Shown here: one piece after another, positions 25,898 through 40,017 of the stretch
How positions within the stretch are numbered: the stretch's first letter is position 1
Layout of the letters: every line of letters starts with the position of its first letter
Source of the DNA: Vicugna vicugna
Taxonomy: Eukaryota
NCBI GenBank assembly: GCA_013265495.1
Contig: MU061560.1
Coordinates: 744,001-808,000, forward strand
Direction: 5' to 3'
DNA: 64,000 bases
Position numbers and translations under genes: made by a program
The notes under the pieces: model-generated
The model's input: only the letters and a program-made list of their open reading frames with translations
Databases searched by the model: none
Told to the model about the DNA's origin: nothing

Positions 25898-26255
25898 TGT
25901 GTTCGTCCATTCTGGCTGCTACACAAAATACCGTAAACTGGGTGTCTTAATAACAACAAACATTTATTTCTCAAGTTCTGGAGACTGGGAAGTTCAAGAT
26001 CAGGACACCAGTGGATTCAGTGTCTGGTGAGGACCCACTTCCTGGATTATAGAGGTATCTTTTCACTGTGTCCTCACGTGGCAGATAGGGAAGGAATCTC
26101 TCTGGAGTCTGTTTTATAAAAGCACTAATCCCATTCACAGGGCTCCACCTCCTCGCCTAAGCACCTCCCAAAGACCCCACCTCCTAATGCCATCACACTG
26201 GGCATTAGTTTCAACATATGAATTTTAGTGGGGCACAAACTTTCATATGATAGCA
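25898..26255 (-). mobile_element. MaLR MLT1A-like LTR
   Basis: catttatttctcaagttctggagactgggaagttcaagatcagg...cacctcccaaagaccccacctcctaatgccatcacactggg. Confidence 0.75.
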
Positions 26256-26396
26256 GTTATGTTCCATTCTCTTTTATTAGGTCTGTAGCATGGACCCCAA
26301 TTTAAAAATTGTCCAGGTGAGTTGAGTGGCAGGGGTAGAATTCCTTTTTATTTCTTGACAAAATACACTTGTACATTAGTTCTTTCCTCTTCCTGG

Positions 26397-27052
26397 TGAG
26401 GCAGGAGGGAAGGGGGCAGGGCACAGCCATTCAAGGAATGACAGAGCAATTAACACCAAGATGGCAGGAGATTCAACTCCCAGGAGGCCTTGAGGCCCAA
26501 GATGGTGGGAGATTTGACTTCCAGTAGACCTTGAGCTTCACTATACACTCATTGTAACGTATTAGCTTGGGAAATGGCACTCCCACTGGTGCCATAACAG
26601 TTCTTAGGCTGACCGTAAAAGGTCAAAAAGTGGTCAGTGGCCCGGTTCCTGGGAATCCCAGCCGCTTCCTCAAAGTAGTTGGAATAATCCTCCCACTTGT
26701 TAGCATAGGAAGTTACTGGGTGCATTAAAAACTAACCACCCCCACACTCGTGGCTGCTCCGCATTCTGACTGAGCCGGCCCGCACTCTGGCTACGGAATG
26801 TGTAACTACTTCTGCTTTAAACTGAGCACCCAACCCCCACACCTCATGGCCTTTCTCTTGCCTTCTGAAACAGCCTGCACTCTATGGGGTATGTATCTTT
26901 CTGAATAAATCTACCTTTACTCAACTGTGGCTCGCTGTTGAATTCTTTCCTGAGTGAAGTCAAGGACCCACACTTGGCAGGGCACGTCCCAGGGACTCAA
27001 CCGAGCCAGGGACATGGCCATCCTCTTGCCCCATATTCTTTTTCCTACATCA
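26397..27052 (+). mobile_element. ERV1-type solo LTR, family A
   Basis: TG...CA termini, AATAAA at ~26904, perfect 4-bp TSD ctgg. Homologous to 39391-40017 and 59624-60249. Confidence 0.85.
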
Positions 27053-29383
27053 CTGGAAGATGCCTTCCCCATATCTTCATGGGATTGACTTCTTGTCATT
27101 CAGATTTGTTCGAATATCTCCTCCTCAGAAAGAATTTTCCTGGCCAACCAGTCTAAAGTACATATTCTGTCACTCTGTACAAAACACTTAGTTTTCTTAT
27201 TTACAGAGATATATATGTGTTCATATGCATTATGTCCCTACTGGAATGTAAAGATTAATGCAAGCAGAAAGGTTTTCTTGTTCACCAATTCATCTTTTGT
27301 TCTTAGTCCAACATGTAAGCTCACAGGATTTGTTAAATGAATGCATAATAGCAATACATTTTAATTTTAATTCTTCCCTCTTCTATTTTATTAATAGAGT
27401 TTAAATGTGAGGACAAATCTTTTTGTGTTTTTCTGAAAAAAAGAAAAAAAGGCTTATAATGCAAGATGGGATTCTGAGACTTCTACTTACTTTATTTCAC
27501 TGGATTGAACTAAACCTAGGTCGAATTTAGAACATGTCCCTGCTCTTTTTAAGCTTAAAGTATTATATCTCAGATAGCGGGGAACCTTTTGAAGAAATAT
27601 TCTGGCCATAGAACCAAAGTCAAATCAGAGCCCTCGTGATTGCCCTGTGAGACAGAAGGGGGAGAGAAAGTAAGTAGCCCCTCTGAAGTTGTGACTGCAG
27701 CAACAGCTTCTAATAAAATGGTTCAGAATGATTTGCGGGGTGTTTTGATTGATCCTGCTAATATTTCAGCATTGTAGATTTCAGCAGAAATATATCAGGC
27801 TTTGAGGCTATAAATAACAAGGCAACAGTTGACTCAAACCAAATTTCAAAGATGTTATCAGGAAAGTCCTTAAGTGAGGAAATGACTCCATTAACAATAG
27901 GTTGCATAAGAGATCAAGACTGCATTAATTATCCTGGCATTCTAAGATCTTTCTCTTCAACCTCACCCTACCAAGCTGACGTTATCTCCCAGTATGGAAC
28001 TTACCAGCACAAACATTCTGAAGCAGCCAGGCTAAAATTCTTATCACACCCTAAATTCTTGGTGCTCATTTCCTCTTATTTTTAGTGGCTGCTTAGTTTA
28101 TTTCTACCCATCTTTTAAGGTCCAATTTGTGCTTCCTCTCCTTAGCAAGGCTGACTTCATCTGCCCTCATGGGTTGCCCTTTGCCCCATGCCCCAGACTC
28201 CTTAGAATCATTTGTTTTTTCTTCTGAGAATTAAATGAGATGACATTATTTAAGAGCTCAGCCTAGTGTCCTAGGCTAAATAAACATGACTGTTTTATGT
28301 TTGCTTGCATACGTAAAGTACTTAAATAAAAATCAGGGGATAAAAAAGTGAATAGTAAATGTATAATGTATAAAGAAATATAGCATAATAGCTCAGAGAT
28401 TAGCCTCTGGAGTTAGATAAACCTGGATTATTTTTCGTACTCTGCCACTTAATACTTCTTTAACCTTGGTCAGATTGTTAGATTTCTCTAAGCCTTAGTT
28501 TCTAGCTGGAAGAGAGGGGTAATAAATACTGCCACATTAAATAGGGCTAATATGACAATTCTTCGTAAATCAGATATGAAAATTCTTTGTAAATCAGCAA
28601 GCACTGTGCAAATACTAAATACTACCTTGTACATTCTATAATTTTTAGAGATGTGCCATCAAAGTAACAGATTGTCTGAAAGCTAGCAGTATGCAAGACA
28701 GTACCTGGGAACTGGGTACCCAAAAGAATGACGCACATTCTTGCCCTGGGGCCCTTTCATTGCAGAAAGGGAGATGAAACAAAAATATGTCAAAAGTTAA
28801 GTAGCAATAGCGTGTCGAAAATTGTTCAAAGCAACAATAAAGGAGGTGGTACAGGATGATGTGCCAAATACATTGGGAAGATAAACAGTGTTTATTCCTG
28901 AAGTTCCAGGAGTGAGAGATTGCTTTCCAGTTGGAACAATCGGGGAGGATGTTTATAGGGACTGTGATTGGATATGAATCGAACTACATCTTGAAGATGA
29001 GTCGGAAGTGATTAAGTGGAAAGCAGGCAGAGGGTATAAAAAGGTGGTAGCAGATGTGTAGGGGTAGAAAAGTTGATAGTGGAAAGGCTGACTAGGAAGG
29101 TGGTCTGACCAGAGTAATTCCAGCTCGTGTTCCCAGACATAGTTGCACATTAAAATCAAGGAGGAAACTTTAAAAATTGTATAGATTCCCATTAAAAGTT
29201 AATTTTTTAGAAGATCGATTAAATCAGAATCCCTCAGGGATGGTGTCTGAAATCTGTAGCAATGAACAGCTATTTTTGGGAACCACAGGTAAAAGGGATT
29301 AGTGGACCATAAAGGAAGAAATTTAGTTGAGGTCCACATCCCAAAGGTCTTGAATATTAAAGTAGATTTTGTACTTTATACAA

Positions 29384-30387
29384 CAGCACTTCTCAAATTT
29401 AGTAATGTTTGGATATTTTTTTAAAGGGAAAAAATATCTCTGGGGACTCGATAAGAGAACTGCAGGAGTGATAATCATAGAAAACTTCCACCAACTAGTA
29501 AGAAATGAATTGACAAAATATAATTATTCACATTTGCATAATTGGCAGGTATGTATTTCAAAAATAAAGGGAGTAAGTCTGCCAATTCAGGGACATCATC
29601 TATGAATGTTTGTCGCAAATGACAAGATTCAAGCTTTTAAATAAAACTTAGAATTTCGGAAAATATGCCTCTGCCACCATTGTGACCTTGAACGCTTTCC
29701 TGTATTTTTCTGATGAGATATATGGTGACAATAACAAATAAGATATTTTTGGTTATTGTATAATAAGATGTATCAATGTTTGGAGGAGCTATATAATTCA
29801 GTAAGCCAGCATTTATAATGTTAAAATCATGCATGGATAAAAGAGAGAGTCAAAGTACTTAAATAAACAAATGGATTTTAATGCAATCAATCAGGAAAAG
29901 CTCATTAATGCAGTTTTAGATTCCACATCACAACTAGCCTTTAAGATTCCACCATTTGTTAAGTTTTCATGTAGTATCAAAGAAAATAAATCTCCGAAAA
30001 AGCTACTAAAGCACTCCGCCCTTTTCCAACTACATATCTGTGTGCAGCTAGAGTTTCTTCCTATATTTCAATGAAACAGCTTATCACAGCAGATTGCATG
30101 TAGAAGCAGATATGAGAACCCAGCTGTCTTACATTAGCTGCACATATATAAAAATTCCATTCTTGTCACTAAATATTTTTTGGGGGGGAAACACAGTTAT
30201 CTTTCTAAGAAATATGTTATTTATGTTAATATAGAATTGCTCCGTTAGTTTAAAAAATTCTCAGTTATAATTTCTAATACAGTGATATTGGTAGACATGG
30301 CCGACACAATCAGAAAGTTCTTTGGGTTCTTTAAAAATGTTTGCGAGTGTAAAGAGTTATGGAGATGAAAAATTTTGAGAACTGCTG
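29384..30387. mobile_element. hAT-Charlie DNA transposon remnant
   Basis: Imperfect terminal inverted repeats cagcacttctcaaa / tttgagaactgctg. Internal degraded transposase-like 3' part (gattgcatgtagaagcagatatgagaacccagctgtc). Confidence 0.65.
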
Positions 30388-30484
30388 GTTTTTGGAAGTT
30401 GTTAGGTTTCTATCTCAATGGAGATAGAAATGATGGCAGGAGAAGAGATATTCTATAAAAAAATATTACAGCTGCTACTCAAAA

Positions 30485-31048
30485 AGGTAAACAAAATTAC
30501 CCCATGATCTAGCAATTCCACTCCTAACTACACCAAAATGAATTACAAACATCTAGCAAACAAATACATGTATACATGAGTTTACTGCAGAGTAGCACCA
30601 TTCAGATTAGCCAAAAGGTGGAAATAACACACATGCCCATCCACAGATGAATGGATGAACAGTGTTATATACACACAATGGAATGTCATTCAGTCATAAA
30701 GAGGAATGAAGTACTGATACATGGGTAGACCTTAAAAACATGCTAAGTTAAATAAGGCAGACCCAAAAGGTTGCATATTATATGATTCTGTTTATCTGAA
30801 ATGTCTGAAACAGGTAAGTCAATAGAGACAGAAAGCAGGTTGGTGGTTGGCAGGGCCTGGGGGAGAGGAACATGGGAAGCACTGCTTCATGGGTGCAAGA
30901 CTTCTTTGCGGGGATGGAAATGCTTTAAAACTAGTTAGAGGTGGTGATTGTGCAACACTGTGAATGCCATTTATGCCACTGCATTGTTTACTTTAAAGTG
31001 GTTAGTATCCTGTTATGTGAATTTCACCTTAATTAAAAAAAAAAAAAT
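30485..31048 (+). mobile_element. Older L1M-type 3' end
   Basis: catgatctagcaattccactcc...atgaagtactgatacatg...tgtgaatttcaccttaattaaaaaaaa. Confidence 0.75.
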
Positions 31049-32519
31049 CATGGCTGAGTGATCGCCAGATCCAAGACCTGGCCCTTGGCATGGATTCAGA
31101 ATCTCTTTTCAACTTTACACAAGTAAGCAACACGAACGAGGTATCTGTTTTCTTTCTGTTGGCAGTGTTTCAAGTCTCTGGTGCTAGTATAATCATTATT
31201 TTGGCTACTCTCAGAATTAGCAATGCATTTTTTCTTTGATATTCTTTCTAGTTGTTGTGTCAGGAAAAAGGCAGAATTAGGTAGCATGCTAAAATCAAAT
31301 CAGTATTTCTTACATAAATGATTGGTTGGCCGAGTCTGTTTGTAGTCACAAATCTCCTCTGAAGTCTGAAAGCAAGCAAGAAACTTGATATTGTTGACAT
31401 TTTGGGTTTTTTTTTTTTTTTAATAGAAGAGCAGTAGAAATGCAGTGAGTATTGTAGAAATAAAACAAGAAAACATAATCTGCATTTTATCAGCCAAAAG
31501 TAAGACCACTAATTAGGTTCTTTGTCCAAGGTGTGGGTTCTTCTGTCCCTCACTCAGCAAAATTTTGGGAAAATCCTCAATGTGTTGGGTTGGCACAGAG
31601 CAGCTGGCTCACAGTTCTGGGGTTTGCCGTTAGCCCTTCTTCCCTGGTAACAAGAAATAACATGACTCATCAAGCAGATTGCATATTATGCCATCATGTA
31701 GGCCTCATTAAATTTAACCTGTCATCTAATTTTCCTTGAAGTCTGTACACTGGTCATTGAATAAATTGGCCAGTACCAAGGTGATCATATTTCTGATCAG
31801 ACAAAGCAGAATCTAGCAAAACAAAACAAAACAACATCTAGCAAAACAAAACAAAACAAAACAAAGTAGCATCTAAAAGAGAGTGAACACCTGGGAGGTT
31901 GAGATAGGATTTCTGACTTTCAGATTAGGGTGTGCGTGTGAAAGAGGCAACATGCTGGCTTCAATTTCTTCATTTGTAAAGATACATGAATGGTGCTATT
32001 CGCAGGAGGTTTTATGACTGAACGTACGTGAAATATCTTACGTAGGATTAGGCATGTAATTGGCCAGTAAAGGGAGCATTGTTGTTTTTCATAAAAATAT
32101 ATTTGACATATAACATTGTGTGCATTTTATAAGGTAGTTTGTTTTGATTATTAGGAATAATGTTGGAACTATGATACTGCTTGTCATAAAAGGGAGGACC
32201 AAACAGCAGAGGGAGGTGGGACCAGCTCAGCTTTCCTTCAGTTGAAAAATAAATATAGAAGTAAAACAAAATATATAATTATTGCTAGTAAGGGAATGTA
32301 TGCTGTGTAATATTTAAAGAAGGGGAAATAAGAGGCGATTTAACAAAGAGAAGATGATAAAAGATTGAAAGAAGGATGGAGTGCATCCAAAAAGTTCCTT
32401 TTGAGTGGCAGATGAGGATGTGAAATGTAAAATTGTTCAGTTATATAGAATATTAGGTCAGCCTATGTTCTCTAATATGATTAATTAGGAGAGGTGTAGG
32501 GCGAAGTGAAACAGAGATT

Positions 32520-32690
32520 TCCAGTCCTTACTGATAATCAGAATCACTTTGAGAAACTTATAAAAATATGAATCCCTGTCACCCACTCCGGAGATTCTGA
32601 TCCTGTAGTTCTTGGATGGAGTCCAGGGATCTGTGCTTTTAAAAAGCTCCCCAGATGAATTTTGATACAAAGTTACATTTGAGAACTGCA
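32520..32690. mobile_element. MER5-type hAT MITE
   Basis: atcagaatcac...gagattctgat...aaaagctccccagatgaattttgat...tttgagaactgc. A similar element lies at ~29120-29290. Confidence 0.65.
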
Positions 32691-33719
32691 GACGTGGGAA
32701 TGGAATGTTTGCCTTTCTCTAGTAGCATGTGCTCAGACTCTTCATATAATTGCCTTCTCTCGGTGGAGCAAGAAAAATAAATAAGGTGAAATAACCCAAT
32801 TTAAAACGGAAACAATCACTACCCTTTATAAAATGTCTGTGAAAAAATATTAAAACTATATTTATCTCATTTTTCTTTTCTGGTGACAGGAAGGAGCGAA
32901 CTTCTGCTCCCCTCCAAACCTGGAGATGAGCTGCAGCAGTGACATCAAGTGGTCGTTTCGGGGTATTTTCCTTTTTATTTGGGACTTTGATATTTAACAG
33001 AAACAGTTTATATAGAGTATAGTTTTTCTTTTCTTCCTCGCATCAGGTAGAGAATGTATTCTTTAGTTCTTGCACGCTTTACTCGCCAGAAATGCTAAAA
33101 AGAATGAAAAAACAACAAACACATTTCGACCCTGACATGCAATCCTTTGAGTGCTAATCCAATATAAACACCTTTGTTTAGTTGTTTGTAGAACCAGGTG
33201 GCTTCTGTGAAGCGAAAGAAAGCCTGAACTAAACCCTACATGCAAAAACTATGATAATGCTGATGAAACTGTCAGTGTCTTTAAAAATATGACTCATAAA
33301 CAAAAGAGCACTGTGATCTTGACTCAAGTGAGAACACTCCGGGGCCAAGAACTCAGTAGCCTGCAGCGAAGGTCACGTCTTCTTTCATGATCATCCGTGG
33401 TGAGCGGAAGCTTGGGTATCAAGCAGTAACAACGCTCAGACTGTCCTAATTAAACACACACACAAAGTAAAAGCAGTTGGAAACCTTTTACACTCTAAAG
33501 ACCAGGAATGTTTCTTGATACATCTCACTTTATGCCACTCAGAGTGGAAACCAGATTTTATAGGAGAGAAGAGGTGATGAAGAGGTGGCTGCCAGGATTT
33601 TTACCGTATAATAGCATTTATCAATGATTTCCTTTAAACAGTGACCTCACCAGTATATTTATACTATGGACTAAATTCAAAACAATTTTACATACACACT
33701 TAGAAAAATCCATTTGCTA

Positions 33720-33840
33720 GGGGGGAGGGTAGAACTCAAGTGGTAGAGCACATGCTTAGCATGCAGGAGGTCCTGGGTTCAATCCCCAATGCCTCCTCCA
33801 AAAGTAAATAAACCTAATTACCTCCCCCCACACCAAAAAG
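33720..33840 (+). mobile_element. tRNA-derived SINE (vic-1-like)
   Basis: gggggagggtagaactcaagtggtagagcacatgcttagcatgcaggaggtcctgggttcaatcccc. atttgcta direct repeats. Confidence 0.85.
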
Positions 33841-35279
33841 ATATATTTGCTAAACAGAGTAAGACACACCCAAATTGCAAAGGAGAGAAGAGGAAGTTAG
33901 GCAATTAATTGGCATGGAGACAAGAGAAATGTGTTTAGTTACTCTGGACTGTGACTGTTTCAAACACTGGCAGAAGAAGAACATCTAATTACAAGGAAAA
34001 AAAATATAAAGGAAATGGAATTACTGTTGGTCTCAGGGACCATTATTTCCTATGTGAAAGCAACAGATTTGATTGAAGAATCAACAGTATGCAACTAGAT
34101 TAGCCTCTAATCCCAGGCTACCTAAGCAAAGCTAGTGTTGAGAACTGAAAGACAGAGTCACCAATTTACAGGAAGGACTTTTTACTTTCCCCCTTATGTT
34201 TCTCAAATGTCATTCTTCTTAGTTGTTATCCATTATGTCTCTCCTATGCTTCTAAAATCTGAAATGAAAAGGAAAGATGTTTCATTTTAAAATGATAGAT
34301 CTAACTACCTTCTGAGTTGGGGAAAGGGCTGGTCCTCAGTTTTAGCTCCTGGATACTTACTCATTTTAAGTCATCGGTAGAAGACTGTCACATCCAGAAA
34401 ATTGGCAAGAAGAAAATGTATACAAAACTAAAAACAGCAGTAGGCTGATGCGTTGGGTCACAGATTCGCTGCCGCAGACAACTTAATAATCAGAAATAAC
34501 AAGCAGGGAGAGAACTTTTAGGAGTTAATCGTCTATTTTTGAGCCAAATGTTCTAAAATTTATGAATGACTAAGTGATGAGACGTCCCTCTGCATTTCAC
34601 ATTCATATGTGAATAATGAGGAGAGATTAATGAGCGTTTTTCTTTAGCTTCTGAGTAATAAAAAGTTCCAAGATGAGGAAGAGTGCTTTGACTTGCCTCA
34701 AACCAGTAGTGTCCTTGGACTGAAACACTGGGAGCTTTCTAAATCCCTGTGAAACTCCGCATAAGAGGATCGAGCTTTCACTTTTATTTTACCCAATCAG
34801 ATGTTCTAAATGGATTGAACCAAACTGTATCTACTTGGACAACAGATGCAGCATAAAAAATTTATATTGTAGCCAATAATAATTGTCCTTTCGTCAAGTC
34901 GTTCTGTACTTTCCCCCTCCAATGGGTATATGTTTAGCACCCACTGAGCTTGAGATAAAGCTCACAGAGCAGACTGAGGCCAGAACATGGATGATTCTTA
35001 TTTTCTTCAGCAATAAATGGATGTTGTCAAGAAAACCAGAGATGATCAGGTCTTGGGAAGTCATATCGGGGAGTGGTGTATGAGATATATGGGTTGGGGG
35101 GAAACTGGCAAATACCGTTGCTGGGGAAATGGAGAGGTGGGTAGGGTTAAGGGGATTGCCTTGTGTGAACTACTACTTTTTCTTTTTAATTAAAAAGAGT
35201 GAATGCTAAAAAAAAAAAAAGTTGAATGTATGTTGGTCATTTACTGAGGAAAGGAGATAGTTAAAGATGACAGTAAAAA

Positions 35280-35935
35280 CTTTTTTAAAAATTGGAGTAT
35301 GGTCAGTTTACAACCTTGTATCAATTTCTGGCCTACAGCATAATGTTTCAGTTGTACATATACATACATTTATTTGTGTGTGCGTTTTTTTTGTGGTTCT
35401 AGAACTTTATTTATAGGTAATCAGCAGTTAGTTCTCATTCACGCTAATGGTCTATAGAGTTTTGAAAGTGCTGACAGGTACATGGGTAACCAGTGTATAG
35501 CGCTTGTTTGGTGAATCTTCATCCTCATTGCGTCCTCTGGACCACTGCACACGGATGCGGTATGGGACGTTCCTTATTCCTCTGGCCCAGACAGCTTTGT
35601 TGAGCCTGGTGTCAGCGCGCCCACCTGGAGTTCCCATCTCCTTCATGGCAAATTTCCAGATTCCTCTGAGTGTCCGAGGCACACGCTTCTTGAAACCCAC
35701 TCCACGGCTGCTCTTGTAAATGTTGATAGTGTATTCTCCAGTCACCACCTCATTGTTGGTGGACCAGCCCTTCTTCTTGCCACCTGTCTTTGCTGGAGCC
35801 ATCCTGCCGGGCCCGGGATTGGAAAGGAAGGGTGCAAGGGATTGTCCATGTATTTGTTCTCATACTATTTTTCATTATAGGTTTTACAAGATATTGAATA
35901 CAGTTCCCTGTGCTACACAGAATAATTTTTTTTCG
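35280..35935 (-). mobile_element. L1 3' UTR fragment split by the RPL31 retrocopy
   Basis: L1 3' UTR sequence at 35280-35377 resumes at 35847-35935 (acaagatattgaatacagttccctgtgct). Confidence 0.75.
35385..35830 (-). pseudogene. RPL31: RPL31 (eL31) processed pseudogene, full length
   Basis: Intronless [12 protein letters not shown]...[11 protein letters not shown]...[10 protein letters not shown]...FAMKEMGTP...[22 protein letters not shown]...[10 protein letters not shown]. 5' TOP tract CTTCCTTTCC at 35830-35821, premature TAG at 35454-35452, ancestral stop at 35430-35428, AATAAA at ~35411-35406, poly(A) remnant at 35385-35392. Imperfect TSD catttatttgt (35367-77) / catgtatttgt (35847-57). 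Confidence 0.95.
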
Positions 35936-36803
35936 TCTATTAGTAAATTTAAGACTTAAGTTAGAACTTAAGGGTCCTAACTGGGTTAAGACTGAATTCA
36001 TTTAATTTCTGTCAACACTGGCATTTCTGCTTGCGCTAACACGAGCCTGTGAGATCTCTTGTGTGAAATAGAAAAAATTACCTTTTTCAAAAAAGTGTCC
36101 AACTATAGTGACATTCTTTGGACGAGATCACTTGCTGTCATCAGTGGAAAAGTTTTATGGTTAATGCGTGAGCATGATGTCTTTGATTGGAACAGTGCTC
36201 TTTGGATGCAGTGGGTGGGACAAGACCCACGACACACAGTCATATGTAGTTGTCTTAAGCGTTGCTTGCTCGTAAGGAAGTCACAACATTTCCTTTACAG
36301 CAAGGGAAGGAAGCAGAGGTGCTCCAGAGCGCCCAGAGCTGCAGGGGCAAAGGAAAATGCGGAAAGACTAAAGAATACTACGCGTAACAATTCGAAGGGT
36401 TATTGGTGATTTTTTTTGAGACAGAAATTTCATAAAATAATTAATCTTAGGCACTGAAAAATCCTACAGAGATGTTCTAACTCGTCTTTTCTTTCCAGTT
36501 TTAAATATGAAAAAGCTGAGACCCAAGAATTAGAAGAATTTACCCAGTTTCTAGATGCACTACCTACTACTCTGCAATTGTTTTGGTTTGGGCTTGTGTC
36601 TTGCATTTTTCTATCACTATTATTGTTTTCCATAAGGGATCTTCTAAGATGCTTCCCTAGTCACTTTAATTTAGGGAATATCAAAGTCTAATGGGCTAAA
36701 TTCTGGTAAGCCAAGCTGGCACTGGGGGACAAGGAGAGGGTTACTGACAGCACTGGCTATACCAAGGGCCAGCTACATCTTTTAAAGGGAAATTCAGAAT
36801 TTC

Positions 36804-37071
36804 TGCCAGTGTCTCCTTTCATCCAGAGGAAGGCTCTCCTGTACATCTTATTGGAATAAGGTTCTATGTCTTAGGGTAGGTGACCTGGAGGGCAAGAAAT
36901 GGAGTGTGGGCTAAATCACTTCCAGGAGTGCTTTCTCTTGCCAGTGTCTCCTTTCATCCAGAGGAAGGCTCTCCTGTACATCTTATTGGAATAAGGTTCT
37001 ATGTCTTAGGGTAGGTGACCTGGAGGGCAAGAAATGGAGTGTGGGCTAAATCACTTCCAGGAGTGCTTTCT
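36804..37071. repeat. Two-copy tandem duplication, period 135 bp
   Basis: tgccagtgtctcc...ggagtgctttct occurs at 36804-36936 and 36939-37071, identical by eye. Confidence 0.92.
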
Positions 37072-39390
37072 TTTCTGCTCTTGTCTAGCAGAATTGAGCA
37101 GTCATTAGGTGCTGAGGAGCGGAGGCAGTGTGGAGTGGCTATTTATAAAACAAGTTTGGTAGAGAATGACAAGAGGTTGCTAGGAGAGGGAAATAATGAC
37201 ATTTAGGAAAAAAAGAAAAAAATAAGAAGGGGTCAAAATGTGGTCTTTACTGGACATTCCTGATTCTAGTCCAGTCCTCCTCTGGGCGGTCTTTCTCACT
37301 CATTTCCTTATTTGTTGCTTCCTTCCTTCAGATTCTGGTTGAAAATTCACATTTCTTAGAAGTCTCTCCTAAAAATAATCATCACATCGTATACTACTAT
37401 CTAGCCCATACACGATTTTCCATCTGTAAGTATTCATTTTTGTATACCTTTGTACATGTTGTATATTTTTGCTAAGTTTTAAAACATTTGATCTTTCAGA
37501 ACCACTGGTCCCTGCTGTTTATCTGATTTACTATACACATTAGATATACATTACCATATATAAAATAAACAGCAAGGACCTACGGTATAGCACAGGAAAG
37601 TATATTCAATTTCTTGTAATGAGCTGTAATGGAAAAGAATCTGAAAAAGTATATATATGTATGTATGTACATGTATAACTGAATCACTTTGCTGTGCACC
37701 TGAAACTAACATTGTTAATCAATTACACTTCAGTAAAAAATAAGAATTGAAAAAAAAAACCCAACATTTGGTCTTTCAAAGATTAGTGTGACTTATGTAT
37801 TTAACCCTAATGCTTCTTACTATACACGAACACCACACACACAGATGCTAAAATACTGTTCTTGTTGTTTGCCATCCTACTGAAGTCATCTTTAAGCCTT
37901 TTATCCATTCGGAATATTATGAAGCACCCGTGTGATGGAGTGATGGACACAAGGTGAGACAGATAAGACTCTGGTCCTGGCGGCTTGGGTGGCTTCGTGG
38001 CCAACACAGCTGTTTATCAACCCAGCAATGGTTGCTTCTCTTTCTTCTTGCTGATTTAACCTTGCGTTTGTGGAGGTAACAGTCAGGCAGCAATAGGCTC
38101 AGGGAAGTTATGCCTGCCCCTTGGTGCAAGAAGTGAACCATAACTGATGAAGTGAGTCACACTAACCTCATCCTTTTCTACTGGTGGGAAGAGGGTGGGC
38201 TTAGTTCTAGTTATGGCGATGATACCCTTGGTGGGGAGGTACTTTCTTCTTCTTCTCTGTGTTTTGGTGGGTACACCGGTGGGAGGAAGTACCGATGGGA
38301 ACTCTAATAGCCATCTTGTGACTTAGCCAAGAGCATCTCTGAGACTCTAATCTAGAACGCTGAGCCACTAAGCTGCTTGGAACCTCTACTCTAGACTTTT
38401 TGTTAACCATAAATCATACCTTTGTGGATTCAGCCTCCATCAGTCAGGTTTTTTGTTGTTGATACTTGTATCTGGAAGTATCCTAACAGAAGCTCTGAAA
38501 AACACTGTGCCTATGAGGGCAGGCTGGCTGGGTGGGAGAAAGGCAGATTCTAAAGCTGAGCCAATTGAGGGAGTTTGTGTGTTAAGGAAAGTGTGAAATA
38601 GTGCAGCTGGGGGAAGAATGATTATTGAGGGATGGGAGCAAAGAGACACAGAGAATGCCCCCCAGATTGACCCACCATCTGGATTGGAAGATCACAAGAA
38701 ATACTTATTAAACGTTGAATAAAGGACAATGCTGATGGTCGAATTTAGCATCTGTGTTAAGGGTAAGGAAAGTCAGAGGCCAGGAGGATAAAGAGCAGGA
38801 TAAAAAGCACTTTAAGGAATGTTCTTACAGGGACACTAAGCTCATCGTCTGGGCCCCACTCTCCTGATCTCATCCAAGCCCAATTACCTCCCAAAGGCCC
38901 TTGCTCCAAATACCATCACATTGGGGGAGGCGAGGGGTAGTGCTTCAATATACAAAATTTGGGGCACACAAACATTCAGTCTATAAACACTCTTTATGTT
39001 TTAATTTTCTCATCTGTAAAAATGGGAAGCTAATAGTAACTAGCTCACAAGGTCTTTGTAAGAATTAATGAGTTAACAAGTGTAAAGCATTCAGTCAAGT
39101 AGTAAGCAGTCAATAAATGACAGCTATTATTAGTATTATTATTGTAGTATTATTATTTTAACCTTTGGTGTTGCCTTTTCGGTATTTGGCCTCTTCTGAC
39201 CTCTTCAGTGCTACATGACCATGGCTAACATAGGTGGGAGTCATTGGCAGGTGAGTGAGCTGGGAGTCTGGGATCTAGTTCAAATGCTAACACTAGTCTT
39301 CTGAATGCTTTGGACGTCTTATTCAACGTTATCTTCTTGGTCATATCCTTATACACATTTTGACGCAATGTGTAGACTGGCCAGTAATAA

Positions 39391-40017
39391 TGATGCAGAA
39401 AAAAAGGATGTAGGGTGTGAGGAGAGCCATGTCCCAGGCTTCAGTTGAGCCCCTGGGACGTGCCCTGCCAAGTATGGGTCCTTGGCTTCGTGCAGGAAAG
39501 AATTCAAGAGCGAGCCACAGTTGAATAAAGGTAGATTTATTTAGAGGTACATCAAAAGGCAAGAGAAAGGCCACAAGGTGTGGCGGTTGGGTGCTCAGAT
39601 TAGAGTGAAAGTAGGTACACACTCCATAGACAGGGTGCGGGCCATCTCTGAAGGGGGAGCAAGGGAGAGGGTGGCCATGAGGCGCCTGTACTGCCAGTTT
39701 TTATGGGCTCAGTGGCTTCATATGCTAATAAGTGGAAGGACCAGTCTAAGTAGCCTGGGGGAAGGGCTGGGATTCCCAGGAGGGTGGCCATTTCCCACTC
39801 TTTGACCTTTTGTGGCCAGCCTAGGACTGCCATGGCGCCTCGGGGCATGTTATTTACTATGCTAATATATTACAATAGGCGTATAATGAAGCTCAAGGAA
39901 GTCAAACCTCCCACCATCTTGAGCCTCAAGGCCTCCTGGGGGTTGAATCTTTCGCCTTTCTGGTGTTAATTGCTGTGTTAATCCTTGAATGGCTGTGCCC
40001 TGCTCCTTCCTGTCTCC
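39391..40017 (-). mobile_element. ERV1-type solo LTR, family A
   Basis: Reverse-complement homolog of 26397-27052. Imperfect TSD ataa/atag. Confidence 0.85.
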
